Shown here: positions 1-11,000 of the stretch, piece after piece
Layout: each line of letters opens with the position of its first letter
How positions within the stretch are numbered: position 1 is the first letter of the stretch
Assembly: GCA_963733035.1 (NCBI GenBank)
Contig: CAVTBU010000005.1
Span: 1,920,001-1,984,000 of the forward strand
DNA length: 64,000 bases
Direction of reading: 5' to 3'
From: Pirellulales bacterium
GTDB taxonomy: Bacteria; Planctomycetota; Planctomycetia; Pirellulales; PALSA-1355
Translations under genes and position numbers: made by a program
Notes under the pieces: model-generated
What the model saw: the letters and a program-made list of their open reading frames with translations, nothing else
The model's database searches: none
What the model was told of the DNA's origin: nothing

Positions 1-266
1 GCAAACTGCCCGGTGGCGAATCATTTGCCGGGCCACGCGAATTGAAATCGATTTTGCTGGCCAGACAAGACGATTTTATTCGTTGCCTGTCCGAAAAAAT
101 GCTGACTTATGGCCTGGGACGCGGGGTCGAGTATAGTGATCGATGTACCGTTGAAGACATCGTCCGGGCCGTAAAAGAGAACGACTTCAAGTTTTCGAGT
201 TTGATCCTCGCGATCGTTGACAGCGACGCATTTCAAAAACGGCGCGGAAAAAGGAGCGATCCATGA
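1..266 (+). CDS. C-terminal fragment of a planctomycete DUF1592/DUF1588/DUF1585-type protein (5' truncated by the window edge)
   Basis: The frame is open from base 3: KLPGGESFAGPRELKSILLARQDDFIRCLSEKMLTYGLGRGVEYSD...FSSLILAIVDSDAFQ. This is the typical DUF1585 tail (LTYALGRG-like motif). The stop overlaps the ATG of the DUF1552 gene, its usual partner. Confidence 0.8.
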   Translation, partial: KLPGGESFAGPRELKSILLARQDDFIRCLSEKMLTYGLGRGVEYSDRCTVEDIVRAVKENDFKFSSLILAIVDSDAFQKRRGKRSDP

Positions 267-1594
267 CGAATAGCTGGCAGCTATCGCGACGCACGATGCT
301 ACGAGGGATGGGAACGGCAATCGCGCTACCGCTGCTGGATGCCATGGCTCCGGCGCTGGCCCTGGCCGGCGAGCATAAAAGGGTTCCCACCCGGATGGCA
401 TTCGTCTATGTGCCCAACGGTAAGCACATGCCCGATTGGACGCCCGCGGCCGAAGGCGATGATTGGCAGCTGCCCTACATCATGGAACCCCTTGCGGGCG
501 TGAAAGACCGGCTGCTCGTGCTAACCGGTTTGGCGCAAGATCACGCCCGACCTCACGGCGACGGCCCCGGCGATCATGCGCGGGCACTGGCCGCCTTCTT
601 GACAGGCACGCAACCGCGGAAGACACACGGTGCCGACATCAAGGCCGGCGTTTCGGTCGACCAGGTTGCCGCGCGGCGTGTCGGCCAGCGGACGAAGTTC
701 GCCTCGCTCGAATATGGTTGCGATCCCGGCGCACAGGCCGGCAACTGCGACTCGGGCTATAGCTGCTCGTACTCGACCAACATTTCCTGGCGCACCGATA
801 CGACGCCGCAGGCCAAGGAGATCGATCCGAAATTGGCCTTCGAGCGACTGTTCTCGAACGGACGGGGGCCAGCCGGCTCGCGGCGCGAGGTCTTCCGTCG
901 CAGCGTGCTCGACTACGTGCTCGAAGACGCGCACGATCTGAAGGCCCGGCTGGGAATCAAGGACCAGCGGAAGCTCGACGAGTATTTGACCTCGGTGCGC
1001 GAACTCGAACGCCGCGTCAACGGCGCCGCGGACAATTCGGACGCTCCGCCGCCGGAGTTTCCAGTGCCAGATGGTATTCCCGAAGACTATGCCGAACACA
1101 TCCGGCTGATGTACGACCTGTTGGCGTTGGCATTTCAGGGAGACCTGACGCGCGTGGCGACGTTTGTCGTGGCCAACGAGGGGAGCAATCGCTCGTACAA
1201 GTTTATCGACATTCCCGATGGGCACCACGACCTGTCGCATCACGGCGGCGACAAAGAAAAGCAAATGAAGATCCGCGAGATTAACCGCTTTCACGTGACG
1301 CAATTGGCCCGCTTCCTGGAGAAGCTCAAGGGCATCAACGAAGCGGATCGCACGCTGCTCGACAACTCGATGATCCTCTACGGCAGCGGGATCGGCGACG
1401 GCAACCGACACAATCACGACGATCTGCCGATCCTGTTGGCCGGTCGTGGCGGCGACACGATCAAATCAAATCGCCACGTCCGCTTCGGGCAGGAGACACC
1501 GCTGAATAACCTCTATTTGTCGATGCTCGATCGAATGGAATCGTCGGTTGACGAACTTGGAGATAGCAAAGGGCGGCTCGACAGCCTGACCTAA
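263..1594 (+). CDS. DUF1552 (HXXSHH) domain protein with twin-arginine-like N-terminus
   Basis: N-terminal SRRTMLRG, plus ALPLLDAM, YVPNG, SVDQVAA, GYSCSYSTNISW, HHDLSHH, LLDNSMILYGSG and HNHDDLP motifs. ATGA overlap with the upstream gene. Confidence 0.9.
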   Translation: MTNSWQLSRRTMLRGMGTAIALPLLDAMAPALALAGEHKRVPTRMAFVYVPNGKHMPDWTPAAEGDDWQLPYIMEPLAGVKDRLLVLTGLAQDHARPHGDGPGDHARALAAFLTGTQPRKTHGADIKAGVSVDQVAARRVGQRTKFASLEYGCDPGAQAGNCDSGYSCSYSTNISWRTDTTPQAKEIDPKLAFERLFSNGRGPAGSRREVFRRSVLDYVLEDAHDLKARLGIKDQRKLDEYLTSVRELERRVNGAADNSDAPPPEFPVPDGIPEDYAEHIRLMYDLLALAFQGDLTRVATFVVANEGSNRSYKFIDIPDGHHDLSHHGGDKEKQMKIREINRFHVTQLARFLEKLKGINEADRTLLDNSMILYGSGIGDGNRHNHDDLPILLAGRGGDTIKSNRHVRFGQETPLNNLYLSMLDRMESSVDELGDSKGRLDSLT

Positions 1595-1792
1595 GTTTGA
1601 TCGAGCACCGGGTCACCGCGCGGCAAGGCAGCGGGTAATTGTCGAATGCCGATCCGTGGGGTCGCGTAACATCTACTCGCCGACTGGCTTTTTGAGCCAA
1701 CTTGATTTGTTCGGCGAGTGCCTGGACGTTTGTTCGAACGTCTATTTGTGCGTAAACGGTGCCGCCCAGCCGTGCCGCATCAGGCAAAATCG

Positions 1793-1822
1793 TTGACCTC
1801 CCCCCTGCGCTAGCGGTAGGTT
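1793..1822 (+). promoter_or_regulatory. Candidate sigma70 promoter for the metalloprotease gene
   Basis: TTGACC-N18-TAGGTT about 75 nt upstream of ATG 1898, with an AGGAG ribosome-binding site just before the start. Confidence 0.3.
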
Positions 1823-1897
1823 GACCTCCCGGCCATTCGGCCACGCATCGTTGACGCGCGTCATTTCCGTTCGATCAGACAGGAAGGGAGGAGTGCG

Positions 1898-4759
1898 ATG
1901 TTACGCTTTGCTCGCTTGCGAATCGGCTCACTTTGTTGTGGATGGATGTTCGCGCTCTCGCTCATTGGCGCGCCGCCGCAGGCCAACGCCGCGGACGAGA
2001 GTGCCGACAAGGCCAAGGCCACCGAAACCAAAAAGGACGAAAAAGCCGAGAAGTCGAAATCGAAATTCCCCGAGTGGAGCACGGTTGTCAAGGACGCCAA
2101 GAAACTGGAGGGCTTATTCCCCCTGTACTATGACGAGAAGGAGGAAAAGCTCCTGATGGAGATCAAAAAGGATCAATACGACAAGGAATTGATCCTGCCG
2201 ATCTCGATTGCCCGCGGAGCCGGCCTGATGTACTTGGGGGGCGACACGCTCAACTTCGGCAACCAATGGGTCGTGACCTTTCAGCGCAAGGCCGACAAGC
2301 TGTTGGTCATTCGCAAGAACGTCAAGGTGACCGCGAAAGACGGTTCGCCGCAGGCCGATTCGGTCAAATTGTCGTATAGCGACAGCGTCATCGCGGCGCT
2401 GCCGATCAAATCCGAGGAGCACGGCGGCCAGAAGGTGCTGATCGATCTGGCCGACCTGCTGATGACCGACCTGGCAAATATCGGCGTCAAGCCCGATCGC
2501 AGTCGCAGCACCTGGGCCAAGGTCAAGGCGTTTCCCGAAAACCTGGAGATCGAAGTCAGTGCCGTGTTCAACATGGCGGGCGGCTTTTACTACTACTTTT
2601 ATGGCGACGACAGCGTCGCCGACCCACGAGGCGCTCAAGTCGTCATCCACTACGGTTTGTCGAAATTGCCCACCAGCGGCTACAAGACGCGACTGGCCGA
2701 CGATCGAGTGGGGCACTTTCTCAGCACGGTGAACGATTTTTCCAGCGATATCGACAATACACCGGCCACCCGGTACGTCACCCGCTGGAACCTGGAAAAG
2801 AGCAACGAGGACGCGGAGAAATCGCCTCCCAAGAAGCCCATCGTGTTCTGGGTCGAGAAAACGGTTCCCCGCGAATATCGTCCTTACGTCCGGGCTGGCA
2901 TTCTGGAGTGGAACAAGGCCTTTGAAAAGCTGGGGTTCATCGAGGCAATTCAGGTTCGCGATCAGACGGAGCTCGACGATTTCGATCCCGAGGACATTCG
3001 CTACAACACGTTCCGCTGGATCACAACCTCGGTGGGCTTTGCCATGGGCCCCTCGCGAACGAATCCGAAAACGGGGCAAATTCTCGACGCCGATATCGTG
3101 TTTGACGAAGGCATGATTCGCTACTGGCGCGGCGAATTCCTGCGGACGCGCGGCATTCCCGAGGCCATGAGCCTGCTCGAACAGGGGCAACGACAGGCGT
3201 TTTACAAGCTGTTCTCGACCTACCTGCCAGAAATGGCCGGGCAGCAAGAACAGATCAATCGCCTGGCCGAGGCATTCAAAGCGGACGTGGCCCATCATCG
3301 GCTCGATGGGCACCACCACAACACGCACGCCTTGGACGGAACTCGACCGCCGGTCGGGTGCGAGTGTTGCATGATGGGGCAAGGGATGCAGCGGCAGATT
3401 GGTCTGATGGCGGCCATGCTGGCTGCTCGCGGCAAGATCGAACCCGGTGGAAAAGTCCCCGAGGAATTCCTGGGGCAGGCGGTCAAGGAAGTCGTGATGC
3501 ACGAAGTGGGGCACACGCTTGGATTGCGCCACAATTTCAAGTCCAGCACGGTCCTCAGCCTGAAAGATGCCAACAATCCGGAAGTCACGCGCAAACACGG
3601 CATGACCGGTTCGGTGATGGACTATGCCCCTGCCAATTTCGCCCCGACGGGCGAAAAACAAGGGGATTACTTCTCCGACACGATCGGTCCCTACGACTAT
3701 TGGGCGATCGAGTACGCCTACAAGCCGGTCAAAGGTGACGAAAAGGAAGAGCTGGCCAAGATTGCGGCCCGGTCTTCGTCTGACGAGTTGACCTATGGAA
3801 CCGACGAAGACATGTGGTTGAACCCCGACCCGCGGATCAACGCCTACGATCTCGGCGATCCGCTGGACTACGCCAGCCAGCGGGTGCGGATGATGAAGGA
3901 GTCGATCGACAAGCTGCAGGATCGCGTCGTCGCCAAGGGAGAGGGTTGGCAACGTGCCCGGCAAGCCTTTTCGATGTTGCTTGGCGAGTTGTCGTCGGCC
4001 GCGTATCTCAGCAGCCAATATGTCGGCGGCCAGTACACTTCACGAGCACACCGCGACGATCCGAACGCCAAGGTTCCGCTGCAAGCAATTCCGGTTGCCA
4101 AGCAGCGCGAGGCCATCAAGCTGCTCAAGGAGGAGATTCTTTCGGACGATGCGTTCAAATTCTCGCCGGAGTTGCTCAAGCGACTGCCGCCCGAACACTT
4201 TTTGGACAATTACTACTTCTTCTCCAGCAGCAACTATCAATTTCCGCTGTATGAAACGGTGCTCTCGATCCAGCGGATCGTGTTGTCGCGGTTCCTGGAC
4301 AGCCAGGTGCTGCGCTCGATTCAGAATGCCGAGCTGCTGGCGGGCGACGGCGAGGATGTGCTGAAGTTGCCCGAGGTGTTTGACGCCTTGACCGACTCGA
4401 TCTGGACCGAGTTGCCGGCGGCTGATGCCGGGGGAGATGAGAAGGCGAAAGTGGCCGTCTCAACGATCCGCCGCAATCTGCAGCGCGAGCATGTGAAGCG
4501 GTTGAGCGATATCGTGCTCGGTCCGCGGAACGATATGTACAGCTACTACAACTTCATCTTTTACAACTATTCGCAACCAGCTCCGCCCGATGCGCGGGCC
4601 TTGGCGCGGCATCACTTGAAGGCGATTGATGCGCGGATTTCCGTGGCACTCGATGCCAACAAGGCGGAGCCGGACGCCTACAGCCGGGCGCATCTCGAGC
4701 AGTTGCACGACCAGATCGCCAAGGTGCTGGCGGCCGAATTGAAGATGAACGAGCCGTAA
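1898..4759 (+). CDS. Exported zinc-dependent metalloprotease (DUF5118/DUF5117/DUF4953, EcxA-like metzincin)
   Basis: Signal peptide, RLADDRVGHF, KKPIVFWVE, GILEWNKAFEKLGF, DIRYNTFRW, zinc motif HEVGHTLGLRHNF, Met-turn SVMDY and IGPYDYWAIEYAY. Confidence 0.9.
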   Translation: MLRFARLRIGSLCCGWMFALSLIGAPPQANAADESADKAKATETKKDEKAEKSKSKFPEWSTVVKDAKKLEGLFPLYYDEKEEKLLMEIKKDQYDKELILPISIARGAGLMYLGGDTLNFGNQWVVTFQRKADKLLVIRKNVKVTAKDGSPQADSVKLSYSDSVIAALPIKSEEHGGQKVLIDLADLLMTDLANIGVKPDRSRSTWAKVKAFPENLEIEVSAVFNMAGGFYYYFYGDDSVADPRGAQVVIHYGLSKLPTSGYKTRLADDRVGHFLSTVNDFSSDIDNTPATRYVTRWNLEKSNEDAEKSPPKKPIVFWVEKTVPREYRPYVRAGILEWNKAFEKLGFIEAIQVRDQTELDDFDPEDIRYNTFRWITTSVGFAMGPSRTNPKTGQILDADIVFDEGMIRYWRGEFLRTRGIPEAMSLLEQGQRQAFYKLFSTYLPEMAGQQEQINRLAEAFKADVAHHRLDGHHHNTHALDGTRPPVGCECCMMGQGMQRQIGLMAAMLAARGKIEPGGKVPEEFLGQAVKEVVMHEVGHTLGLRHNFKSSTVLSLKDANNPEVTRKHGMTGSVMDYAPANFAPTGEKQGDYFSDTIGPYDYWAIEYAYKPVKGDEKEELAKIAARSSSDELTYGTDEDMWLNPDPRINAYDLGDPLDYASQRVRMMKESIDKLQDRVVAKGEGWQRARQAFSMLLGELSSAAYLSSQYVGGQYTSRAHRDDPNAKVPLQAIPVAKQREAIKLLKEEILSDDAFKFSPELLKRLPPEHFLDNYYFFSSSNYQFPLYETVLSIQRIVLSRFLDSQVLRSIQNAELLAGDGEDVLKLPEVFDALTDSIWTELPAADAGGDEKAKVAVSTIRRNLQREHVKRLSDIVLGPRNDMYSYYNFIFYNYSQPAPPDARALARHHLKAIDARISVALDANKAEPDAYSRAHLEQLHDQIAKVLAAELKMNEP

Positions 4760-4840
4760 GCCACGGATGCGGCGCCAGCGCGTCGTTGCACATTTGCTCT
4801 GACGCCAAAGAGACGTAAATTTCCCGCGCCGAGGGCCTTT

Positions 4841-4857
4841 TTGGCACGCAGTGTGCT
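4841..4857 (+). promoter_or_regulatory. Candidate sigma54 (-24/-12) promoter upstream of the MNIO cluster
   Basis: TTGGCACGCAGTGTGCT has GG and GC separated by exactly 10 nt and matches TGGCACG-N4-TTGC at all but one position. It lies about 120 nt upstream of ATG 4978. Confidence 0.5.
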
Positions 4858-4977
4858 AAATGCGAGGTTGGCACGGGAGAGAAACTAATGGTACGTTAAC
4901 CTGGGGCGAATGCGGGGGCCTTGCGGACCGCGCAGCGTCAGAACTACAACGGGAACTTTCAACCACAGGACTTGGCG

Positions 4978-5427
4978 ATGGAAAACTCGGGAGTCAACCG
5001 GCGTGATTTTCAGCGCTTGACGGCGGCGGCCGTGGGGGGATTGTTGGCGGGCGCGTCGCTCGGCAAAACAACCTTGGGCGCGGACGACAAAGTGCCCAAG
5101 AAGGACAAGAGCAAGAATCCCATCCTCGGCGAGCCGCACGTCTGCCGCGGCATCAACATGTGCAAAGGTCTGGGCGCCACAAAGGACAACGCTTGCGCCG
5201 GACAAGGCGCTTGCGCGACGGCCAAGGCCCACCTTTGCCACTACAAGAACGAATGCCGCGGCCAGGGCGGTTGCGGCGCGAAGCCGGGCGAAAACGAATG
5301 CAAGGGCAAGGGCGAGTGCGGCGTTCCCATGTCGAGTGGAGCCTGGAAGAAGGCCCGCAAGCGCTTCGAAGAGCTGATGAAAAAAGAAGGCAAGGACGTC
5401 GGACCGGCCCCGCCGAAAAAGTCCTGA
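4978..5427 (+). CDS. Tat-signal, Cys-rich bufferin (BufA2)-like RiPP precursor or metal-binding protein, 149 aa
   Basis: AGGA RBS then MENSGVNRRDFQRLTAAAVGGLLAGASLG (twin-arginine signal). The mature part has 9 Cys with repeats NMCKGLG, NACAGQGAC, NECRGQGGC and NECKGKGEC. It lies directly upstream of DUF692 and DUF2063 genes. Confidence 0.8.
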   Translation: MENSGVNRRDFQRLTAAAVGGLLAGASLGKTTLGADDKVPKKDKSKNPILGEPHVCRGINMCKGLGATKDNACAGQGACATAKAHLCHYKNECRGQGGCGAKPGENECKGKGECGVPMSSGAWKKARKRFEELMKKEGKDVGPAPPKKS

Positions 5428-5520
5428 CGGCTCGGGTCCTGGCATTTGACGGAAAACCTGCACGGCACGGGCGAGAATGTTTCGCCCGTGCCGTGTGCTT
5501 CATTACTACGGGGCGAACGG

Positions 5521-6453
5521 ATGACGGTACCCGCGCGACTGGGTCATGCAAACCTGGGGCTGGGGGTGGGCCTGCGCAGCGTGCACTTCCCCTACATTCT
5601 CGAACATCGACCGCAAGTCGACTGGTTCGAGGTCATCTCGGAAAACTTCATGGACTCGGCTGGCCGGGCGCGCTACGTGCTCGATCAAATCGCCGAGCGC
5701 TACCCCACCGTGATGCACGGGGTGTCGCTGTCGATCGGCAGCACGGACCCGTTGGATTTCGAGTATCTGCGAAAGCTCAAGCGGCTGGCTGATGAGATCA
5801 AGCCGCGTTGGATTTCAGATCATCTCTGCTGGACCGGCGTGCTGGGCCTGAATGCCCACGATCTGCTGCCGCTGCCGCTTAACGACGAAACGCTGCGGCA
5901 TGTAATTTCCCGCGTGGGCATCGTGCAGGACTACCTCGAACGGCCACTGGTTTTGGAGAATCCCAGCACGTACGTGACCTTCGCCGGCTCGACCCTCAAT
6001 GAATGGGAGTTTCTGGCCAAGTTGGCCGAGGAGACCGAGTGCGGACTGCTGCTCGACGTGAACAACGTGTACGTTTCGAGCGTCAACCACGACTACGACC
6101 CGCGCGAGTACATCGAGAACGTGCCGCGGGAACGGGTGGTGCAGTTCCATCTGGCCGGGCACACCGACTGCCGTACGCACATCATCGACACGCACGATAA
6201 TCACGTGATCGACCCGGTCTGGGAGCTCTATCGGCTTGCACACCAGCGGACGGGCGGTGCGTCGACGCTGCTGGAATGGGATGCAAGGATCCCGGAATTT
6301 CCCGTGGTGCATGCCGAGGTGCTCAAGGCCCAGCAGTATATGGACGAGCAATTGCCGCACCTGGTCGACCGGGTGGTGCCGCCATCCGACGCCGACGTCG
6401 ATGAGGTCGGCGTGTCCAATCCGATCGCCTACATCGTGCCGGAGGTTCGATGA
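5521..6453 (+). CDS. Multinuclear non-heme iron-dependent oxidase (MNIO, DUF692/UPF0276; BufB/MbnB family)
   Basis: [62 protein letters not shown] and TLLEWD motifs. ATG 5521 is preferred over the upstream TTG. Confidence 0.93.
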   Translation: MTVPARLGHANLGLGVGLRSVHFPYILEHRPQVDWFEVISENFMDSAGRARYVLDQIAERYPTVMHGVSLSIGSTDPLDFEYLRKLKRLADEIKPRWISDHLCWTGVLGLNAHDLLPLPLNDETLRHVISRVGIVQDYLERPLVLENPSTYVTFAGSTLNEWEFLAKLAEETECGLLLDVNNVYVSSVNHDYDPREYIENVPRERVVQFHLAGHTDCRTHIIDTHDNHVIDPVWELYRLAHQRTGGASTLLEWDARIPEFPVVHAEVLKAQQYMDEQLPHLVDRVVPPSDADVDEVGVSNPIAYIVPEVR

Positions 6454-7355
6454 GCGAATCCAATTCCAATTCGGCGGAGGAGCCCCGCCTGCAGCAAGTG
6501 CAACGCTGGATGCAAAGCATCCTGATGCACCGCGGCGGCGTGGCCGAGGGAGTCGATTCGCCGGAGGCCCGGCAACACATCGACATTCGACTCGATGAAC
6601 TGCCGCGCGTGATTCAGCCATCGCGGGCCCTTTCGAGTGCGGATCGGCTCGAGATCTATGTCAATGCGTACTATGCTCGGCTGCTGGAATGCCTCGACGA
6701 AGAATTCGCCGTGACACGCTGGACGCTTGGCGACGACTTGTTCAGCGCGGTGGCATTCGGCTACCTGCAGAACTACCCGTCGCAAAGCTATACGCTCAAC
6801 CAACTCGGCGCACGTTTTCCACGGTATTTGGCCGAGTCTCGCCTCCACGCGGCGGCGATGCCCGAACACGCGGAACCGACCTGGCCGGACTTCGTGATCG
6901 AACTGGCCACGCTGGAGCGGTCGCTCTACGAAGTCTACGACGGGCCGGGAACGGAGCATGATGGCCCGCTCGACGCAAACCACCTCGCCGAGCTTGCTCC
7001 CGAGGCTTGGGGAGACCTGCGATTGATCGCCGCTCCTTGCCTGCGGCTGCATCGTTTTGACCACGCCGTGAGCGGCTATTGGGGGGCCCAGAAGGACGGC
7101 GCCGAGCCAAGCATGGGCATGCCTCGCCCCAGTTGGTTGGCAATCGGCCGCCGAGATTTTGTCGTCGAGCGGCACGAGCTTACCGAGCCCCAATTCGCGA
7201 TCCTCGAGGCGATTGTTGGTGGCGATCCCTTGGCAAAAGCCATTGCCAACGCCGCGCAACGCGAGGCCGGGGACATCGAGAACCAAATCGGCGGCTGGTT
7301 TGCCGACTGGATGGGGGCCGGTTTCTTCTGTGGCTGTAAATTGTCCGAGGATTGA
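6450..7355 (+). CDS. MNIO partner protein (DUF2063 N-terminal domain; BufC/HvfC-like)
   Basis: [40 protein letters not shown] and ELATLERS motifs. ATGA overlap with the MNIO stop. Confidence 0.85.
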   Translation: MSESNSNSAEEPRLQQVQRWMQSILMHRGGVAEGVDSPEARQHIDIRLDELPRVIQPSRALSSADRLEIYVNAYYARLLECLDEEFAVTRWTLGDDLFSAVAFGYLQNYPSQSYTLNQLGARFPRYLAESRLHAAAMPEHAEPTWPDFVIELATLERSLYEVYDGPGTEHDGPLDANHLAELAPEAWGDLRLIAAPCLRLHRFDHAVSGYWGAQKDGAEPSMGMPRPSWLAIGRRDFVVERHELTEPQFAILEAIVGGDPLAKAIANAAQREAGDIENQIGGWFADWMGAGFFCGCKLSED

Positions 7356-7930
7356 GTTGGCGGACTCGACCGATCTGGTTGGCCCGGCGCAGCGTCCGTC
7401 GTGGTGATCGAGCAACCATGCTCGTGGCGGCCGTTCCCCTTTCGGAAATAGCGCGCGTCAACCGGTGCCTTCTTCACGCCTGCGGGGTTTAAGGCCTAAG
7501 CGACGTAACTGACGCAACCGCTGCAAGGGGAATAACTCCAATTGCCGCGTGCGAACAAGTCGCTAGCGCCCATACGGAACTGCGCGAACAGAGGGGAACG
7601 GGCCGGGCCGCACCACAGGCACGAGCCTAGGCGGCCGTCTCAAATGCGATGCGATTTATTCGCATTGCGTTTTCAGCTGCGCGCTCTTCGCGTCGCTGCC
7701 CCCCTGTCGTGCCCCGGCCGGTAGGCAAAATCTGCCATGTTTTTCGGATATTTTGACTAGCGGGACTTGAACGGGGGTGGCTGTTGTGCGCATATGGAAA
7801 GGATTGGCCCGCGGCCAAGCTGCCCTTGGAACAGGCACGACTTCTCTCCACCCACACACCAGTGACTCGCCTGCGCCAAAACGGTGCGTGGCTGTCTAGT
7901 TGTTAAAATAGATAATTTAGGGTAACTGGA

Positions 7931-7959
7931 TTGCCCCTATCCAGGGCTGCAATCATAAT
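7931..7959 (+). promoter_or_regulatory. Candidate sigma70 promoter for the giant surface protein
   Basis: TTGCCC-N17-CATAAT, preceded by an AT-rich tract (TTGTTAAAATAGATAATTTA), about 65 nt upstream of ATG 8025. Confidence 0.5.
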
Positions 7960-8024
7960 CCGTAGGCAAGTACTTTTTCGGATCTAACAGAGAATTTGGT
8001 TCCCAGAACCAGGAAAGCTTCCCC

Positions 8025-11000
8025 ATGGCGATCTGGCAAAGCTTCTCGCGCCGACGTGGAGCAGACGAAAGGAAGCGTCGCAACCGATTCCCCAACAACT
8101 CATTGCGTCAAATGGCCAAGCGCAGCTTGCGTATGGAGCCGTTCGAAGAACGCATCTTGCTGGCAATCGATGGTCCGCAGTTGCTGGCGGCCATCCCGGC
8201 CTCGGGGTTGGTGATCAACGACGGAACGGTTCTGTCACAAGCGCCGACGCAGATCCTGTTGCGCTTCAATAAGCCGATCGATTCGAGCACGATTAGCAAC
8301 TCGTCCATCCAATTCACCCGTGGCAGCGACCACATCATCGGCAACGGCAACGACATCACTGTCACGCCGGGCTTTGTCGGCATTGATGGCGCTACGAACG
8401 AAGTCATCGTGCGGTTCGCCGAGGACCTACCCGATGACGCCTACCAGATGACGATTGTGGGTGCCGGCGCCGGGCGCTGAAGGACACGGATGGCCTGGCG
8501 TTTAACGGCGGCGCGAATCTGGCGCGAAAGTTCAGCCTGGATCTTGCCCCGCAGGTTGTCGCGGTGGTGCCCCAGCCGATCACGCGCGGCGCCGACGGCA
8601 AGTTGACGCAGTCGAAGAACACGATTGAAGTCTACTTCAATGCGAACGATCCGCTGGATACCGCTTCGGCGACCAACGTTGCGAATTACCAGTTGATTCG
8701 CACTGGCGGAGCGAATGGCACGAGCACGCCGACCGATGACGTGAAGATCAACCCGTTGTCCGTTTCGTACAGCCCAGCCAGCGGCAAGGCGGTGCTCACG
8801 TTCAACACGGCCGATCTATTGGTCAACGGCACCTATCGCCTGCGTGTCGGCAACAACGAGCCACTGGCCACTTCGTTTACCACGCTGACGCCGGGCAGCG
8901 CCGGCACCAGCTTCGCCACGGCCGCCGACTTGGGAACCTCCGCGAATCCGTTCACATCCAATACGGGCACTCAAACCGTTTCGTTGAGTGACACGATCGG
9001 CAGCGTGCCGACTTCCGTGATCTGGCCAGGATCTCCCCTCGAACCGGGCGAGCGCGATCCAAGCATCGAAACCCACGTCATGGACGGCAGCAACAACGGC
9101 AACATCCCGGTCATTTCATACAACTTCAAGTCAGTCTACGGTCAGCTGTTCGGTGTGGATCAGACGAACTTGATCACCGAGGCCCAGAAGCAGCGCGTCC
9201 GCGAGGTCTTCTCGTACTACGCGTACTACCTGGGCGTCGAGTTTGTCGAAACACCCGACTCTGGATGGACCATCGCGCTGGGCGATCCGCGCGTGCTCAA
9301 CACGCCGACGAACGTAGGCGGCGTGGCGGGTGGCAACCTGGCGATCATGAATTCGGTCGTAAACTGGGGTGCCAGCGAACCGCGGGGTAGTTTCTTTACC
9401 ACCGCGATGCACGAAATTGGTCATTTGCTCGGGCTGGGCCACGACTACGAGTCGCCGGCTGTCATGGGTTCCGGCGTCCAAGACGGCGTCCTTCCAGGCG
9501 ATCTGGACCTTGTCTATGCCCGCTACTTGTGGCCGGCGCTCGGCAACGACATCAACGTTTACCGGTTCAACCTGGCCACGACCGGAACGTTGAACATTGA
9601 GACGATTGCCGAACGGCTGAAGTCGCTGGGGTTGGCGTCGGATCCGAGTCAGTTGAACACCGTGATCACGCTCTACGACGGGGCCGGCAACATCCTCGCC
9701 CGCAACGACGACTATTACGGCAAAGACTCGTTCGTACAAATGGTTTTGGGTAGCGGCACGTACTACGTGGCGATCACCAGCACCGGGAATACGAATTTCG
9801 ACCCGCACGTTGCCAACAGCGGCGCCGGCGGCAACACGGCCGGCGGTTACCAGTTGCGGCTCACCTTTACTCCCGCCCCCACGGCGAGCAACAGCATTCA
9901 CGACACGACCGGCAACGTCCTGGACGGCGACCGGGACGGCAAGGCGGGCGGGGTCAACAATTTCTGGTTCAAGGTGGCCAACACGATCTACGTGGACAAA
10001 GCGGCTACGAATGGAACCGGCGCCCTGGGTTCAATCACCAATCCATACACCCGCATTTCCGACGCGTTGGCCGTTGCCTCGCAAGGCTCGATCGTGCGTA
10101 TCGTCGGCAACGGCGGTGCCGACAACAATCTGGCGACCGTGGGCGACAACCTGTCGTACAACGTCGGCTTCGACAACCAGAACCTGCCGCTCTCGGATGG
10201 GACGAAGTTCGATATTCCCAAGGGCGTGACCGTGATGATTGACGCCGGGGCGATCATCAAGCTACGCGGCGCCAATGTGAATGCCGGCTCGATTGACGTG
10301 AACATCGACCGTTCGGCCGGCGCGTTGCAAGTCCTTGGAACCACGGCCAAGAACGCCAATGGCGCGGACATCGGCTCGGTGTACTTCACCTCGTACTACA
10401 ATCGCACCATTGGCACCGACCCGGGCGTCAATACCAGCGGCTTGGCGAAGGGGAACTGGGGCGGCATCGTGTTCCGCAATGACTCCGATCTGGAGGCCAA
10501 CGGCGTATTTCTGGATTACGTCAACCAGGCGCGCATCAGCTATGGCGGAGGATCGGTCACGATCGGCGGGAGCCCAACCACCTTTCGGCCGATTTCGATG
10601 GAGACGGCCCGCCCCACGATCACGTTCAACACGATTACCAACAGTGCCGACGCGGCCATGTCGGCCACGCCCAACAGCTTCGAGGAGTCCGAATTCCAGG
10701 GCCTGGGTTACCAGGCCGACTATACGCGTGTGGGTCCGAAAATCTACGGTAACAAGCTCACCCAAAACTCGATCAACGGCCTGTTCATCCTCGTGCGCAC
10801 GAGCTTGACGACCGGCAACGTGCTGGACAAGCTGACCGTCAATGCACGGATTGCCAACACCGACATCGTGCATGTGCTGGCTGAAACGCTGTTGATCAGC
10901 GGCAACCCCGGCGGCTTCAGCACGACCAGCGGCGGCCTTCAATCACGGCCCAGCGCTCGGCTGGCCATCGATCCGGGCATTATCTTCAAACTGGGTGGCG

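Noticed and set aside
4952..4980. ECF promoter (GGAACTTT) upstream of the RiPP precursor
   Set aside because: There is no CGT-type -10 element at the correct spacing, because that position falls on the start codon region.
7642..7673. Inverted repeat AAATGCGATGCGA-TTTAT-TCGCATTGCGTTTT as terminator of the MNIO operon
   Set aside because: It lies about 290 nt downstream of the last stop, with a weak stem and short U-tract. It is possible but not supportable.
8461..8480. Programmed frameshift or phase variation in the giant surface protein
   Set aside because: There is no slippery heptamer or long homopolymer, and identical breaks occur in housekeeping genes such as tex, so sequencing error is more parsimonious.
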